Below are positions 29,388 through 42,526 of a stretch of 64,000 nucleotides of DNA, piece by piece (position 1 is the stretch's first letter; each line of letters starts with the position of its first letter). The notes under the pieces were generated by a model. That model was not told the origin of the DNA and ran no database searches. It saw nothing but the letters and a program-made list of their open reading frames with translations. The stretch covers positions 1,457,847 to 1,521,846 of the forward strand of contig JAWQFM010000013.1 in the NCBI GenBank assembly GCA_033442325.1, given 5' to 3'. The translations under genes and the position numbers were made by a program. This DNA comes from Salpingoeca rosetta (taxonomy: Eukaryota; Protista; Choanoflagellata).

Positions 29388-31305
29388 GTGACCATCGTAG
29401 GGCAACATATACACATGCATGAGAGGTGTGCATGAGGATATGTAAATGGCTTGTCACGCATGCATGCTCAGACACACGCATAACCACACACGCACACAAA
29501 CACACACACACGTACCCGCGCACGCACACACACGCACACGCAAACACAAAGCAAATACACACACACCTGCTGGGCCTGTAGCAGCTCTTCCTTCTTCGCG
29601 TTGAGGGAAGTGATGACAGACTTTGCCTTTGAGCGCAGCTTGGCAATCAACGTTGCGTTGTTCTGTGCATCTTCCTCCAGCTGGGGCACCTTCTCTGCCT
29701 CCTTTTTCGCCTCTCGCAGCTGCTCCTTCAGCTCGTCCATCTGTCTCGCTGCCGCGTCCTTGTCCTTCAGTTGCTCTCGAAGGTCAGACAAGTGCTCGTT
29801 CAGCTCCTCTTGATTGCGCGCCTTACTCTCAAGCGCCTTCACTTCCTCCTTCAACGCCTGCATTTCCTCGGCGAGTGCCTCTGCCTGTTGTTCTTTCTCC
29901 TCCTTCGCTGCGGTCACTTCGTCTAGCGTGGCAGCCAACCGGGCCATCTCCTCCTTCGCCTGCTTTCCCTCCTCCTGTGCTGTCTCTACTTCACCTTTCG
30001 CCGCTTCAAGCTGTGCCTGCAAGGATGCCTTCTCCGCCTGCACCGCCGCCACCTTCTCCTCCGCCTCCACCAACTGCTCCTGTGCGTGTGCATGTGCGCG
30101 TGCTTCTTCTTCCAGTGCGTCAATGCGCTGTGCCAGCTCGTCGCGCGCCTCACGCACCGCTGCAAGCTCACCCTCCAACGCGTCCACCTTCGCTTCAGCC
30201 GCCTCCTTGGCCTCTGTGGCAGCTGCAACCTCTCGTGCCAGGGCCTCTGTGCGCGCCTGCTGTGCCTCTGCTTCCTCCTTTGCAGCAGCGACAGCGGCGT
30301 CACGCTCATCCATTGCCTGCTTCACGCTGTCCATCTCCTTCTGCAGGGCGTCGCGTTCACCCTTGACCTCCTTCAGCTTGGCCTTAAACTTGTCAAACAA
30401 GTTTGTCTTCTGCTTCGCCGCGTCTGTTGCTTCCTGCAACTGCGCGCGCTCGCTGCTCCACTCCTCAGCCTTCTTTTCCATCGCCTACAGATGCAAAGGG
30501 AGGACGCAGGTGGATGGGTGAGGGAAGGTGGGAGGGAGAGGTATATTGAGGGAGTGAAGGGGGGAGGTGAAGGAGGAAATGTGTGAGGGCAGGCGCGTGT
30601 GATTGTAAAAGAGGGATGTGTGTGGAACTGTTTGTGCAGTGCATGTGTTCATGTGCACACACTCAGACATTCAAGCAAACAAAAGCACACAAAATAAAAG
30701 CACATTGACACGAGTTTCGTATCCCATGGCAACAGCACGTAACAATTAAGCTCCCCGGCCGCACCTGCTTTGCTTCCGTGGCCGTGTCCAACTCCTTGCT
30801 GAGCTGCTCACACTTCTCCTCCAGCTTCCGCGTTGCCTCCACGGCCGCGTTCATCTCCTGCTCGTACAGCTGCGCCCGGCTCTGTGCTTCCTCTTGCGCC
30901 TGCACAGCAGCAGCGCGTGCTGCCTCAAGCTTCTCAAGGTCGTCTGCCTTGGCTTCAAGCTGTTCCCGCAGCGCTGCCACGCCCTCCTCATTTGCGCGCA
31001 CCTGCGATGCCAACTGTCCTTGAAGGTCTTCAATCGTCTTCTCCGCCTCTGCGTGCTGTGCCTGCACGGCATCAAGCTTCGCCGCTAGCTCCTGCGTCTG
31101 CTTCCCGCCATCCTCTTGCTCTGTGCGCAGGCGGTTGTTGTCCTCCAGCCAGGCCTTGGCTTTCTCCTTCAACTTTGACAGGCGAACCTAAATACAAGCG
31201 TGTGAGAGCACGGGGTGTGAACGTTACATGGTGTGATGACTCATGTGTATGGAGGGACATCAAACCCATAAAGATTGGGCCTCCCAGCACGCACGCACGC
31301 ACACG

Positions 31306-31351
<46 letters not shown>

Positions 31352-34300
31352 CGCTTTGCACATGCACGCTCAAGCAGACACGTACACTTACATCCACACA
31401 TACGCACACAAGCATGTCCACAAGCATGTGCACGCCGCACAGTTCCACATGCACATGCACACGCACACGCACACGCACACGCACACGCACACACACGCAC
31501 GCACGCACGCGTACCTTCAAGGAGTTATTTTCCTCCTCAAGGGCGGTGTGATGCTCCTCCGTTTTCGCTTCAAGTGTGGCCTGCAACCCCTTCAAGTCGC
31601 TGCGCAGCGCCTGCAGCTGTGTCTCCTTCTCTTCAGCAACAGCGATGCTGGATTGCTCGCCGTCCTCCTTCGTTGCTGCCAGCGCTGCCTGCAGGCTTTC
31701 AACCTGTCCTTGAAGGTCCTCCACCTGCTCGCGGGCAGCCTGAGCGCCCTCCGTGGCCGTCGCCAGCTCCTCCTTCACCTCCGCCAGCTCTGCGGCGATG
31801 GCGTCGCGCTCCCTGCACGCCGCCGTCTCGCCCTCCGTCTGCTGCGCGTGCGCGTCTTCGAGCTTCCCCTGGGCGACCTCCAACTCCAGTGCCAGCTTCT
31901 GCACCTCCGCTGTCAGCTCGTCCACCTTGCCCGTCGCCGCCTCCGCTTCGCTCGCCTTCGATTGCAGCGCTTCCGTCAATTCAGCCATGTCCTCCCCCAG
32001 TTCCTTGCGCGCATCCTGTGCAGCACGCAGCTGCTCCGCCCTCTCCTCCTTGTCCACTTGCAGCGCTGACAGCTGTGCTTGAAGGGAGGACCGCTCCTCC
32101 TCATGCTCGGCCTTCAGTTGTGCAATCTGCTCCTGTACGCCTGCGCTGGACTGCTGGTGCTCCTCGGCCTGCCTGGACGCGGCGTCGACCTTCTCCCTGA
32201 GCGAGGCGACCTCCTCCCTCGCCGCTTGCAGCGCCGTCGTGGTCGCCTCGAGGTCAGCGCGTACCGCCTGCTCCTTCTCCATCGCAGCCCGCCCCTCCCG
32301 CAGCCACGTCTCCGCCTTGCCCTTGAGCTTCGTCAGGTGCACCTGCAACTCCTTGATCTTCCCCGCTTGCTCCTCCGACCGCTGTGTGGCTGCCGTGTGG
32401 GCTGCCTCTGCCTCACCGCGCACCCGCTGCACCTCCGCCTTCAACGCCGCCACCTCCTCTTCCTTCTGCTGCACAGCGCTCGCCTGTGCCTCCCTGTCTG
32501 CCTTCGCTGCTGCCACCTGGTCGGTCAGCGTTGCGGCACGTGCCTCTGCGTCCTCCTTTGCTGCTGTCAGCTCACGTGCGCGTGCGTCCAATGTATTTAG
32601 CTCCTCTTGCAGTGCATCTCGCTTGTCCTCTGCTTCCTTCAGCGCCGTTTGCAGCTGCTGCATTTGTGTTGTCGTCTCGGCAGCAAGCTTCTCTCGATCC
32701 TCCTCCCCCGCAGACTGTGCACTCTCCAGTGCCGCTTGCAGCTCGCTCACCTGCGCCTCTGCTGTGTCCGCACGATCGCTTGCTGCCTTCTCCTCCTCCT
32801 GTGCACTCTCCAGTGCCGCTTGCAGCTCGCTCACCTGCGCCTCTGCTGTGTCCGCACGATCGCTTGCTGCCTTCTCCTCCTCCTGTGCACTCTCCAGTGC
32901 CGCTTGCAGCTCGCTCACCTGCGCCTCTGCTGTGTCCGCACGATCGCTTGCTGCCTTCTCCTCCTCCTGTGCACTCTCCAGTGCCGCTTGCAGCTCGCTC
33001 ACCTGCGCCTCTGCTGTGTCCGCACGATCGCTTGCTGCCTTCTCCTCCTCCTGTGCACTCTCAAGTGCCGCTTGCAGCTCGCTCACCTGTCCCTGCATCT
33101 GCTGCTTCACTTGCTTGGCTGCCTCCTCGCTGCCCTCCTGCACAGATGCCTGCAGTTCGGCGAGCTGTGTGCGCAGGGCGTCTCGCTCCTTCTCCGCCGC
33201 GTCCACCGCCTGTCGGTGCTCCTGTGATTCCCGCAGCCACGACTGCGCCTGGCACAATGACAACACGTGGGCCGCGAAGCAGAGGTGTGTGTGTGTGTGT
33301 GTGTGTGTGCACAAGTTGACGTAAAGTTCCGTGGTGGCTGCTGTGTGCGAGGGTTGGTTGCGGCACGCCTTGCTTGCTTGCTTGCAAGCACCACACACTA
33401 CACACCACACACCGAATGCATACACAGACCTTATCTTTCAGCTTTTGGTGCTTTTCCTGCAGAGACGACAGCGACGCTTCAACGCTCTCCTTCTGCATGC
33501 ACAAATACACGCGAGCGCAAGAAAGTTGCAGCATAGGGTGAGCAATCAGCACACGCCTCATGCCTGAGATCACACACGCAAACAAACACACAAGCAAACA
33601 CATGCACGCATGTACGCGCACGCACTGCCAAGGAATCCCGATATTCAGCAAACCACCACCACCACCACCACCACCACGACATCATGTGTTCGTTTGCACC
33701 TGCTCCTGCGCCGCTGTGAGCGCGGCCTCTGCCTTCTCAGCGCGCGACTCCGCAGCAGCCTGCACCAGCGGGCACGTGTGTGTGTGTTGTGTATTGTGCA
33801 TTGTGCGTGTGAGTGTGTGTGTGAGTGTGGGTGTGAGTCAGTGAGTGAGTGAGTGGAATCGATGAGTGTGTGATTGCACGAGTGCGAGAGAGACGCCGAA
33901 GGGCGACAACGACAAGGAAAATTGGCATCACACGCATTTGATTCAGGCGCAGGTGCTCGCAGGAACAAAATACCACTCACGAGCTTCTCATTCAGGCTGG
34001 CCATGTCCGCGTTTGAAGCAGCGGCAGCATCAAGAGCGCTTTGCTTCTCTGCCTCAAGTGCCTCCACCTGCTCCTGCGACGCAGCCAGCTCCTGGCCACG
34101 CATAGTCATGGTGATGCAAACACCCTCGTAAGCACGCGCGCTCACGCTTGCACACAGCGACAGCACTGCTGACAACAAAAGTTGTCGATTGTGCCACAGC
34201 AACAGCACACACACACACACAGAGCCGCAACACACACCTGCTTCAGAGCGGCGATGGCATCATCGTGGCTGGTTTGCAGTTCCTGAGCGCTAGCCTCCAG

Positions 34301-34672
34301 CTCATCAACACGCGCACGCAGCGCTGAGCTTTCGGTCTGGCCCGCGTCTGACCAAGGGACGCGTGATGGTGGCGATGGTTTTGAGATATGTGTGCATTGT
34401 GGGTGTGATAACGTGTGGATATTTGAGTGGATACGTGTGTGTTTAGGTATGTGTGCATTGTGGATGTGTGGATGATTCTGTCGGAGATCAGGGGCTGACA
34501 CGAACCGAGTTGTTGTTGAAGACCTTTCGCTTCTTCCTTCAGCTTTGCCAGCTCCTCCTATCATGCCATATGCAAGTGAGAACAGCAGTTAGAATGAGGT
34601 TAAAACCCGCATGTAAGGAAGACAGGGTCACAACCAAAACCCACGCCATACACGACGCAGGCACACAATGTG

Positions 34673-34718
<46 letters not shown>

Positions 34719-34979
34719 CTGCATGATTAGCAGTCCGTCTATCCACCGACACCCCCCCCCCCTAGCGGTTACCTGCTGTTGGGCCAACTGCTCCTTGAGG
34801 GTTGAATTTTCTTGCATCATGTCGTCCATGCGGTGCATCATGCTCTGCTTTTCCTCTGTCACTGTGGCAGTGGCGCTGTCCTTCTGCTTGCGCATGCGTG
34901 CAATCTCATCCTCCAACTCGGCGATTTTCGCCACCTGGCGCGCATGCTCCTCGTCATCCGCATCAGCTGCGTGTGTGCA

Positions 34980-35032
<53 letters not shown>

Positions 35033-35508
35033 GTGTGTGTGTGTGTGTGCATGTGGTGTGTGTGTGTGCATGTGGTGTGTGTGTGTGTGTGTGTGTGTGC
35101 GTGTCAATGTATTGTTGTCTTGGTTGTAGGAGATCGCAGTTGGAAAAGCAGAGAGAACAACCATCCTGTTTCGTGTAAGCATGATAACCACCACCACCAC
35201 CACCACCACCACCATGACAACAATGCGTACATGAGAGCTTTGCGGCGTGTGCGGTGATGTACTGCTCCAGCTCCTGCAGATCAACCCGCCCGTCACCGTT
35301 GGCGTCAATTTCCGCCCAGAAGTCCTTGGGCGGATAAGTTGGAGGAGGAATGTTAGGGGTTGGTGGTGGTTGTTGGGTGAGCGGCAAATTGGGAGTCAGG
35401 GGGGGGGGCGAATGCACGTGGCACGCGATCGATATCATGGCAGGCCTCCACACAAGACAACGCGCAAGACACAATACACATCACATCACGCCACACTTCA
35501 CACATCAC

Positions 35509-35563
<55 letters not shown>

Positions 35564-36198
35564 ACACACACACACAGATCAGACACCAGGACAGGACGGC
35601 ATGTGCATGCGCGCACCTTCCACCTGCGGCCCGCGATTCCAAGCTCCCTGCGCATACTGTCATCGTCGTGGATGACGCGCTTGAGCTCACGGTGGGAGAG
35701 AACGCCGTTGCCGTCGCGATCGGCGGCAGTGAACAGCTCGCGTGCGCGCTGTAGCACTCGTTCCTCTGAGGTGGTGGTGTGGCGGTGATGGTGATGTGAA
35801 CAAGGGTGCAGTATAGCAACAAGGCGGAATGAACACACACACATACATACATACATACATACATACATACATACATACATACATACATACATACATACAT
35901 ACATACATACATACATACATACATACATACACACGCGCACGAAACACAAGACACAAGGCCAATGCACCTGTTGGAGCGCTGAGTGTCTTCAGCTGCGACT
36001 TGAGTGTGTTCCTCACATACTCCGCCTCGCTCAAATTCTCCGAGAGCGATCGGTTCTGTTGCAACAGCTCATCAATGCGCGCGGCCATCTCGCCCTCCTT
36101 CTCCTCCCACGCCGCTGCGGCCTTCGCGTGCTCATCAGCAGCCGCACGCAGCCTGTGTTGTGTTGTGTGTTGTGTTGTGTGTGTTGAGTTGTGTTGTT

Positions 36199-36278
<80 letters not shown>

Positions 36279-37513
36279 GCAGCAGGGATGCACGCGCAAC
36301 AGCTCACCCTTCTCGCATACGACCACAACCAACACAATCACCATCTTCTCCTCCTCCTCCATCACCAGTACCAGCACCACAACCATCCGCATCATCTGGG
36401 CACCAACGCACTCTGCGATGTCCTGTGCGTGTGTGTCTGCGGTGTCGGCTGCGGCCTTGAGTTCATCGCGCTCTTTCGTCAGCGACGCGACCTGCTCCTT
36501 GAACGACCTGCAAGGGCGTCACGTGATGGTGGTGGTGGCGGTGTTGAGTGAATGACGAGTGAGTGAGTGAGTGAGTGAGTGAGTGTGTGTGTGTGTGTGT
36601 GTACAGTGAGTGAGTGTGTGTGTGTGTGTGTACAGTGAGTGAGTGAGTGAGTGAGTGAGTGCGTGCATGAGTGAGTGTGTGTACAGTGAGTGAGTGAGTG
36701 AGTGTACAGTGAATGAGGGAGTGAGTGAGTGTGCGCGCACGCTCGAATGGCAGTGACAGCGGTGACGCAAATGCTCGAAACAGCTCACACACACATGCAC
36801 ATGCACATTCGCATGCATGCACGCGTCCGTACTTGATTGTTTCCTTGCATTTGGCCAGCAGCTTCTCGTGCCGTGCCAGCTTCGCCTTTGTTGCCTCCAC
36901 GTCCTGCCCTTCCCTCTCCGCCTTAACCTTCGCCTGCTCCTCCCTGTCGGCCTGTGCGCCGGCTGCTGCGTTCGCCTGCTGCTGCAACTCGACCTTAAGT
37001 GCCTCCACCTGCGACTGCAGCACTCGTCGCTCCTCCATCTTCTCCTCAGCACCCCCGAGCTCAACCCGCAGCGCTGCAACCTGAACACACACACACAACA
37101 CACACACACAACACACACACACAGACATGAGTGGAAGGAAGGCGTGAATGGAAGCGGGACGTAAGCAGGCGTGTATTTGTGTGTGTGAACACAAATAGTG
37201 CTATGTCGGATGCAGCCACTCCAAACAGCACACAACACGCTAAAATGATGTGTGTATGTGCGTGCATGTGTATGTGTGTATGTGTGTGTGTGTGTGCAAT
37301 GCGCCACCTGGCTCTGCAGGACGCGGTTTTGCTCCTGCGCCTCCGCCATCTCGTTGTTCTGGATCTTCAGCGCTTGCACCTGACCGCGGACACGACGGGC
37401 GGTGCAAAGGGAAGGGAAGTGGAGCGTGTGAAGCAGGGTGTATGTGTGTGTGTGTGTGTGTGCGTGTGAGTGAGTGGGTGAGTGTGTGTGTGTGTGTGCG
37501 TGTGAGTGAGTGG

Positions 37514-37575
<62 letters not shown>

Positions 37576-37687
37576 TATGCACATCAAACGCGCTTCAGCC
37601 ATCCGACACACCACTACTCCGCCTTCGACGTTTCATGCCAGTGCATCACCACCACCACCACCACCACCACCATCATTACCCTCACCC

Positions 37688-37736
<49 letters not shown>

Positions 37737-37747
37737 TACCCTCACCC

Positions 37748-37831
<84 letters not shown>

Positions 37832-39076
37832 CCTGTGTCTGGAAGACGCGGACCTGCTCCTGCTGCTCCTCCAGCTGGTTGGCGAGCGCCTGTCTCTCTG
37901 CCTGCGCCTCAGCCAATCGCTGCTTGTACTTCTCAACCCGTTTCACCTGTCGCCACCACCACAACAGCAGCACGCATCGCCCCATCCATGGCCCCGTGAA
38001 GGCGGTGATGAACCAATTTGGGCAAGAAGCACCGATACTGACATCACACAACAACGACACGCAGCTCTGCAATGTAATGTGTAATGCGCAAACGCACACA
38101 CACACACACACATGTGCGTGCAAACACAAGTACACGTGCACATGGCCATCGCACGCAACGCACACACACACCTGCTTCTGGTACGCCTCTGCGGTGATGG
38201 CTCCCGGTGCAGCGGCCTTGTTGGAACCCGGCAGGCTCGTGTCAGAGCCCTGATACGTACGACGTGGGGGTGAGTGCGTGAAAGGACGGAAATGTGAATG
38301 TTGAAGCAAGGATAAGTGCTTGTGCTTGTCGTGTGAGTGGTTGATTCAACACCACATGTACCTGCTTCGGGAGGTCCTTTGGCTTGGTCGCATCCTGCAG
38401 GCAATCAAGCAAATGTGGTGAGAGTCGCATCCAGATATTTTGCTTTCACGTACACACACACACACACACACACACGAGACGGTAGTCAGTCATAGATACG
38501 CACTGCACGACGATGGTTGTGTGTACCTTCACGGCGCCCTCCATGCGCTTCTTCAAGGAGGAGAACATGCCGCCGGCCTTCTTTGGCTTGGGCGTCTTGT
38601 CAGTGGCACTGGCATCGCTGGTATCGGCCTATCGTCACACGAGCACGAGCAGGGCTCAGGGTGAGCGACAAAAGCCGGGCATTTGGGTGTTCTTGTTGAA
38701 GTATCACTCCCATGCATTCCAGCCACAAAACGCACGCACACATGCACGCACACACGCACACACACATGCACGCACACACGCACACACGCACAGGGACGCA
38801 CGCACACACACACACAACCCACACGCTGGCAAACGTGTTTGCACACACCCCACATGCATGTGCTGTCACGCTTGCCTTGTTGGCTGAGGATGAAGATGCG
38901 GGTTCAGTGTCAGCGGTTGCGGGATCGGTGGTGGTTTGCGGTTGCTTTCCGTTTCCGGCCGGTTGCGCTTCCTTCTGCTTCGTGTCAGTGGCACCTGTGC
39001 TCGCGGAGGACTCTGTCTTTTCCTCCTCCTCCGCAGCCGTGCGTTCAATCACCTTCTTCTTCAGCCCAGCAAACAT
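26857..39076 (-). CDS. GRIP-domain trans-Golgi golgin (GOLGA4/golgin-245 or golgin-97-like) with an internal EF-hand pair, multi-exon
   Basis: N-terminus MFAGLKKKV resembles animal GRIP golgin starts. [12 protein letters not shown] resembles GOLGA4. Long E/A/Q/K coiled-coil exons lead to a C-terminal GRIP domain [12 protein letters not shown]...[16 protein letters not shown]...RGWLG. Confidence 0.85.
32716..33089 (-). repeat. Coding 84-bp tandem repeat (about 4.5 copies) in the golgin
   Basis: Near-identical units encoding [28 protein letters not shown] (28 aa). Confidence 0.95.
35511..35930. repeat. (TA)n and (TACA)n microsatellites in golgin introns
   Basis: (TA)n at about 35511-35559 and (TACA)n at about 35842-35930, representative of dozens of intronic simple repeats. 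Confidence 0.9.
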
Positions 39077-39272
39077 CGTCGTCGCTGGTGCTGGCTGTTG
39101 TGTTTGTGTTGTTGGTGTTGGTGTTGGTGTGCTGTGTTGTGCTGTGTTGGTTGTGCCGGCTTCTGCTGTGTATGTGGAGGTGAGACAACGGCCTAAAAAT
39201 AGGACAGTGGTTGCTGCATTTGCGACGTGAGACTGAGGCGAACGACAACCACCACGACCACGCCAACACAAG

Positions 39273-40414
39273 ATGACAACAGGCAAGCAAGAGATGTGCG
39301 AGAGAGCTTGCGCTTGTCTTTGGTAGCTAGCCGTGTTGACGGGCCTGAATGAGGCTTGATCTCGACTGCAGGGCTCGCGTTCTCACGCGTCTGCGGGTGG
39401 CATGCATGCATGCATGCTTGCTTGCTTGCTAGCTTGCTTGTGTGGTTCTCTTTCTTGTCTTTGATCTATGTCGCTCACCTGTGTGTGTGTGTGTGTGTGA
39501 CTTCTTTTGCTGTTTGTGGGTTGTTTGTCAATCCCTCAGCGCACCGCCCCACATGGACACCCGCCCAGGGTGGCAAGGGCAAGTACGACTCCAGCCTCGG
39601 CCTAATCTCCCAGCAGACATCTGTTCGCGATGCACCGGCACACACCAAGCTCAAATTCAGGTGTGTGCGTGCGTGCGTGTGCGTGTGTGCGTGTGTGCGT
39701 GCGTGTGTGGGTGTGTGCGCGTGTGTGTATGCGGTCACAGGCGCATTGCTTGATGCTGCGCACGACAAACAAGTACATTCCTCTTTCATTCGTGCTCTGT
39801 CGCAGGCACGATGTTGAGACCAAGGACGAGGAGGAGATGAAGCGCGAGCTTGAGCAGCGCGAGGCCAAGCACTTTGACGACATTCGCAAGGAAGAGGAGA
39901 AGCGGGGTACGTGTCGATGGTGTGTGCGTGTGTATGTGTGTTGTGTGTGTTGTGTGTTGTGTGTGTGTGTGTGTGTCTTGTGTGTGTATGTGTGTGTCTT
40001 GTGTGTGCGTGCGCCCTTGTGTGCACTTGTTTGTGTGCGCTTGGCGTGTGTACGCTTGTGTTTGTGAGCGCGCCGGCTTGCGTGCTGTCTGACGCCTCTG
40101 GCTCGCCTTGCCGGCTTGCCTAGCTACCACGCTCCTCCCTTGCCTGTCTTTCATCTCACCGTGCGTGTACGCGTTGGGCCGTGCAGCGGGCATCACCGCC
40201 ATCACGGGCGCGGCGGACGAGGCAAAGACATCGAGGCCGTCAAAGCTGCTGGCCATCACCACGGACGAGGCAGACGAAGACCTGCCCGAGGATGACGAGA
40301 GTGCGGACGAGAGCGACAGCGACAGTGATAGCGACGATGATGACGATGACACGGCGCAGCTTCTTGCTGAGCTGGAGAAGATCAAGAAGGAGCGCGCAGC
40401 GGAGCAAGCACGCA

Positions 40415-40497
<83 letters not shown>

Positions 40498-40591
40498 CTG
40501 GAGTGCTTTCTTGAGCGGGTTGTTCTTGCACTACGCATCTTGCTGTCTCCTGCTCACCCATAGATACACACACACACACATCCGCACGTAC

Positions 40592-40631
<40 letters not shown>

Positions 40632-40800
40632 AACCCCTCCTCCTTCCACCTGTTGTCAGGAGGAGCTGAAGGCTGAGGAGGAGTCTCGGGTGCGGCTTGC
40701 GAGCATCGTCAAAGGCAACCCCCTCCTCAACGACGGGCAGTCCGGCGACTTCACCGTCAAGCGCAGGTGCCGCGTTGTGTTGTGTGGTGGTGTGTGTGTC

Positions 40801-40866
<66 letters not shown>

Positions 40867-41123
40867 GGTGTATGTGTGTGTGTGTGTGTCGGTGTATGTG
40901 TGTATGTGTGTGTGTGTGTGCGTGTGTGTGTGTGCTCCCAACTCCTCGCCCATTTTCCTTTTCGCTCACGTGCTCATTCTACCACCACCGTTTCCTCTGT
41001 TCATCTGTGCACGTGTGCGCGGCAGGTGGGATGAGGACACCGTCTTCAAGAACTGCGCACGAGGCGAGAAGCAAAGCAAGGTGTGTGTGTGTGTGTGTGT
41101 GTGAGTACGTAGGTGAGAGAATG

Positions 41124-41173
<50 letters not shown>

Positions 41174-41444
41174 TGTATGTGTGTGCTTGCGTGTGTGTTC
41201 CTCTCTGCCTCACGCCCGCCCCTGCTCTTCTTCTTGTGCTGCAACTGTGTGCCTCCTGAACATGTGTACATGTATCGCCCCGTTTGCACGATTGTATCGC
41301 TCACATGCCACCACCACCACCACCACCACCACCACCATCATCATCATCACCACCACCGCTGGCGACGTGCAGAAGCCGCGCTACATCAACGACACTCTTC
41401 GCTCCGAGTCGCACATGAAGTTTATGGAGCGGTACATCAAGTGA
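39273..41444 (+). CDS. CWC15: Spliceosome-associated protein CWC15, with a GC-AG first intron
   Basis: Reconstructed [15 protein letters not shown]...[12 protein letters not shown], acidic tract, [42 protein letters not shown] and [20 protein letters not shown]. Confidence 0.95.
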
Positions 41445-41906
41445 TGATGCGTTGACTTGGTGTGCTGTGTGTTTGTCATGTTGTTGTGCATGTGCATGTG
41501 CGTGTGTGTGTCAATGTGCATGCTTATCCTTGTGAATTGTTCCTCAGTGCGTGGTCCCTCCCCCTGTCTTGATTCATGTGCTGTAGCTGTCACGTGTCTC
41601 CTTATTCCCTCTTCATTTCTCGACGTGTTGTGGTGCCTGGCGATCGGTCTATTCACCAAAACCAAAACAAACAATACACGACCTGGTTGACATGCGATAT
41701 GCTCACACGTGCACTGAACGTGGACACACACGCGCGTATCGGAGAATGCACACGCATGAACACACATTCACACACACACACACACACACGCTCACATGCG
41801 AGACCCTCGAGTGCGGGGCATGAAAAGCAACGTGAACTCATGCAACAGGGTGCCGGTAATAACAGGAGGCGATAACTGATGAAAGGAGGGATTGAAATCA
41901 AGTCGT

Positions 41907-41980
<74 letters not shown>

Positions 41981-41983
41981 TGT

Positions 41984-42495
41984 TCAGGGCTCATCGCTTG
42001 GCTCAGGAACGGGGTCGGTGAGCTCATAAGACTTGTAGCACTTCATGTTGTTCTCGGGAAACTTGGACATGCCGCACGCGCCCTTATCGAGGTACTGTGC
42101 ATCGCGTACGCCGACGTCGTGCAGCAGCTGTGTGCAGAACTTGGCGCGGCGAGATGTGCGGCACCCGGTCACCACCGGTTTTGTTGCAGACAGAAGCTTC
42201 TCCAGCCCTTCCGAGTGCGCACCTGAAGGTGATGTCGTGATGATGGTGGTGGTTGAGGTAGTTGTAGCGATGGAGGGAGATGAGGGAGATGAGGCGTGTG
42301 AGGACCTGACCATCATCCTCATCTTCAAGCACATGCGAACACACAGACACACAAACACACAAGCATACACATACACACAGACACATGACACACATACACA
42401 CACACACAAACATACACACACCGCACATATACACACGCATACACAAGAACACGACTCACACACACTCACACACACACACACACACACACAAACAT

Positions 42496-42526
<31 letters not shown>

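Noticed and set aside
32716-33089. Regular repeats as a CRISPR array
   Set aside because: There are no spacers; it is an in-frame coding tandem repeat in a eukaryote.
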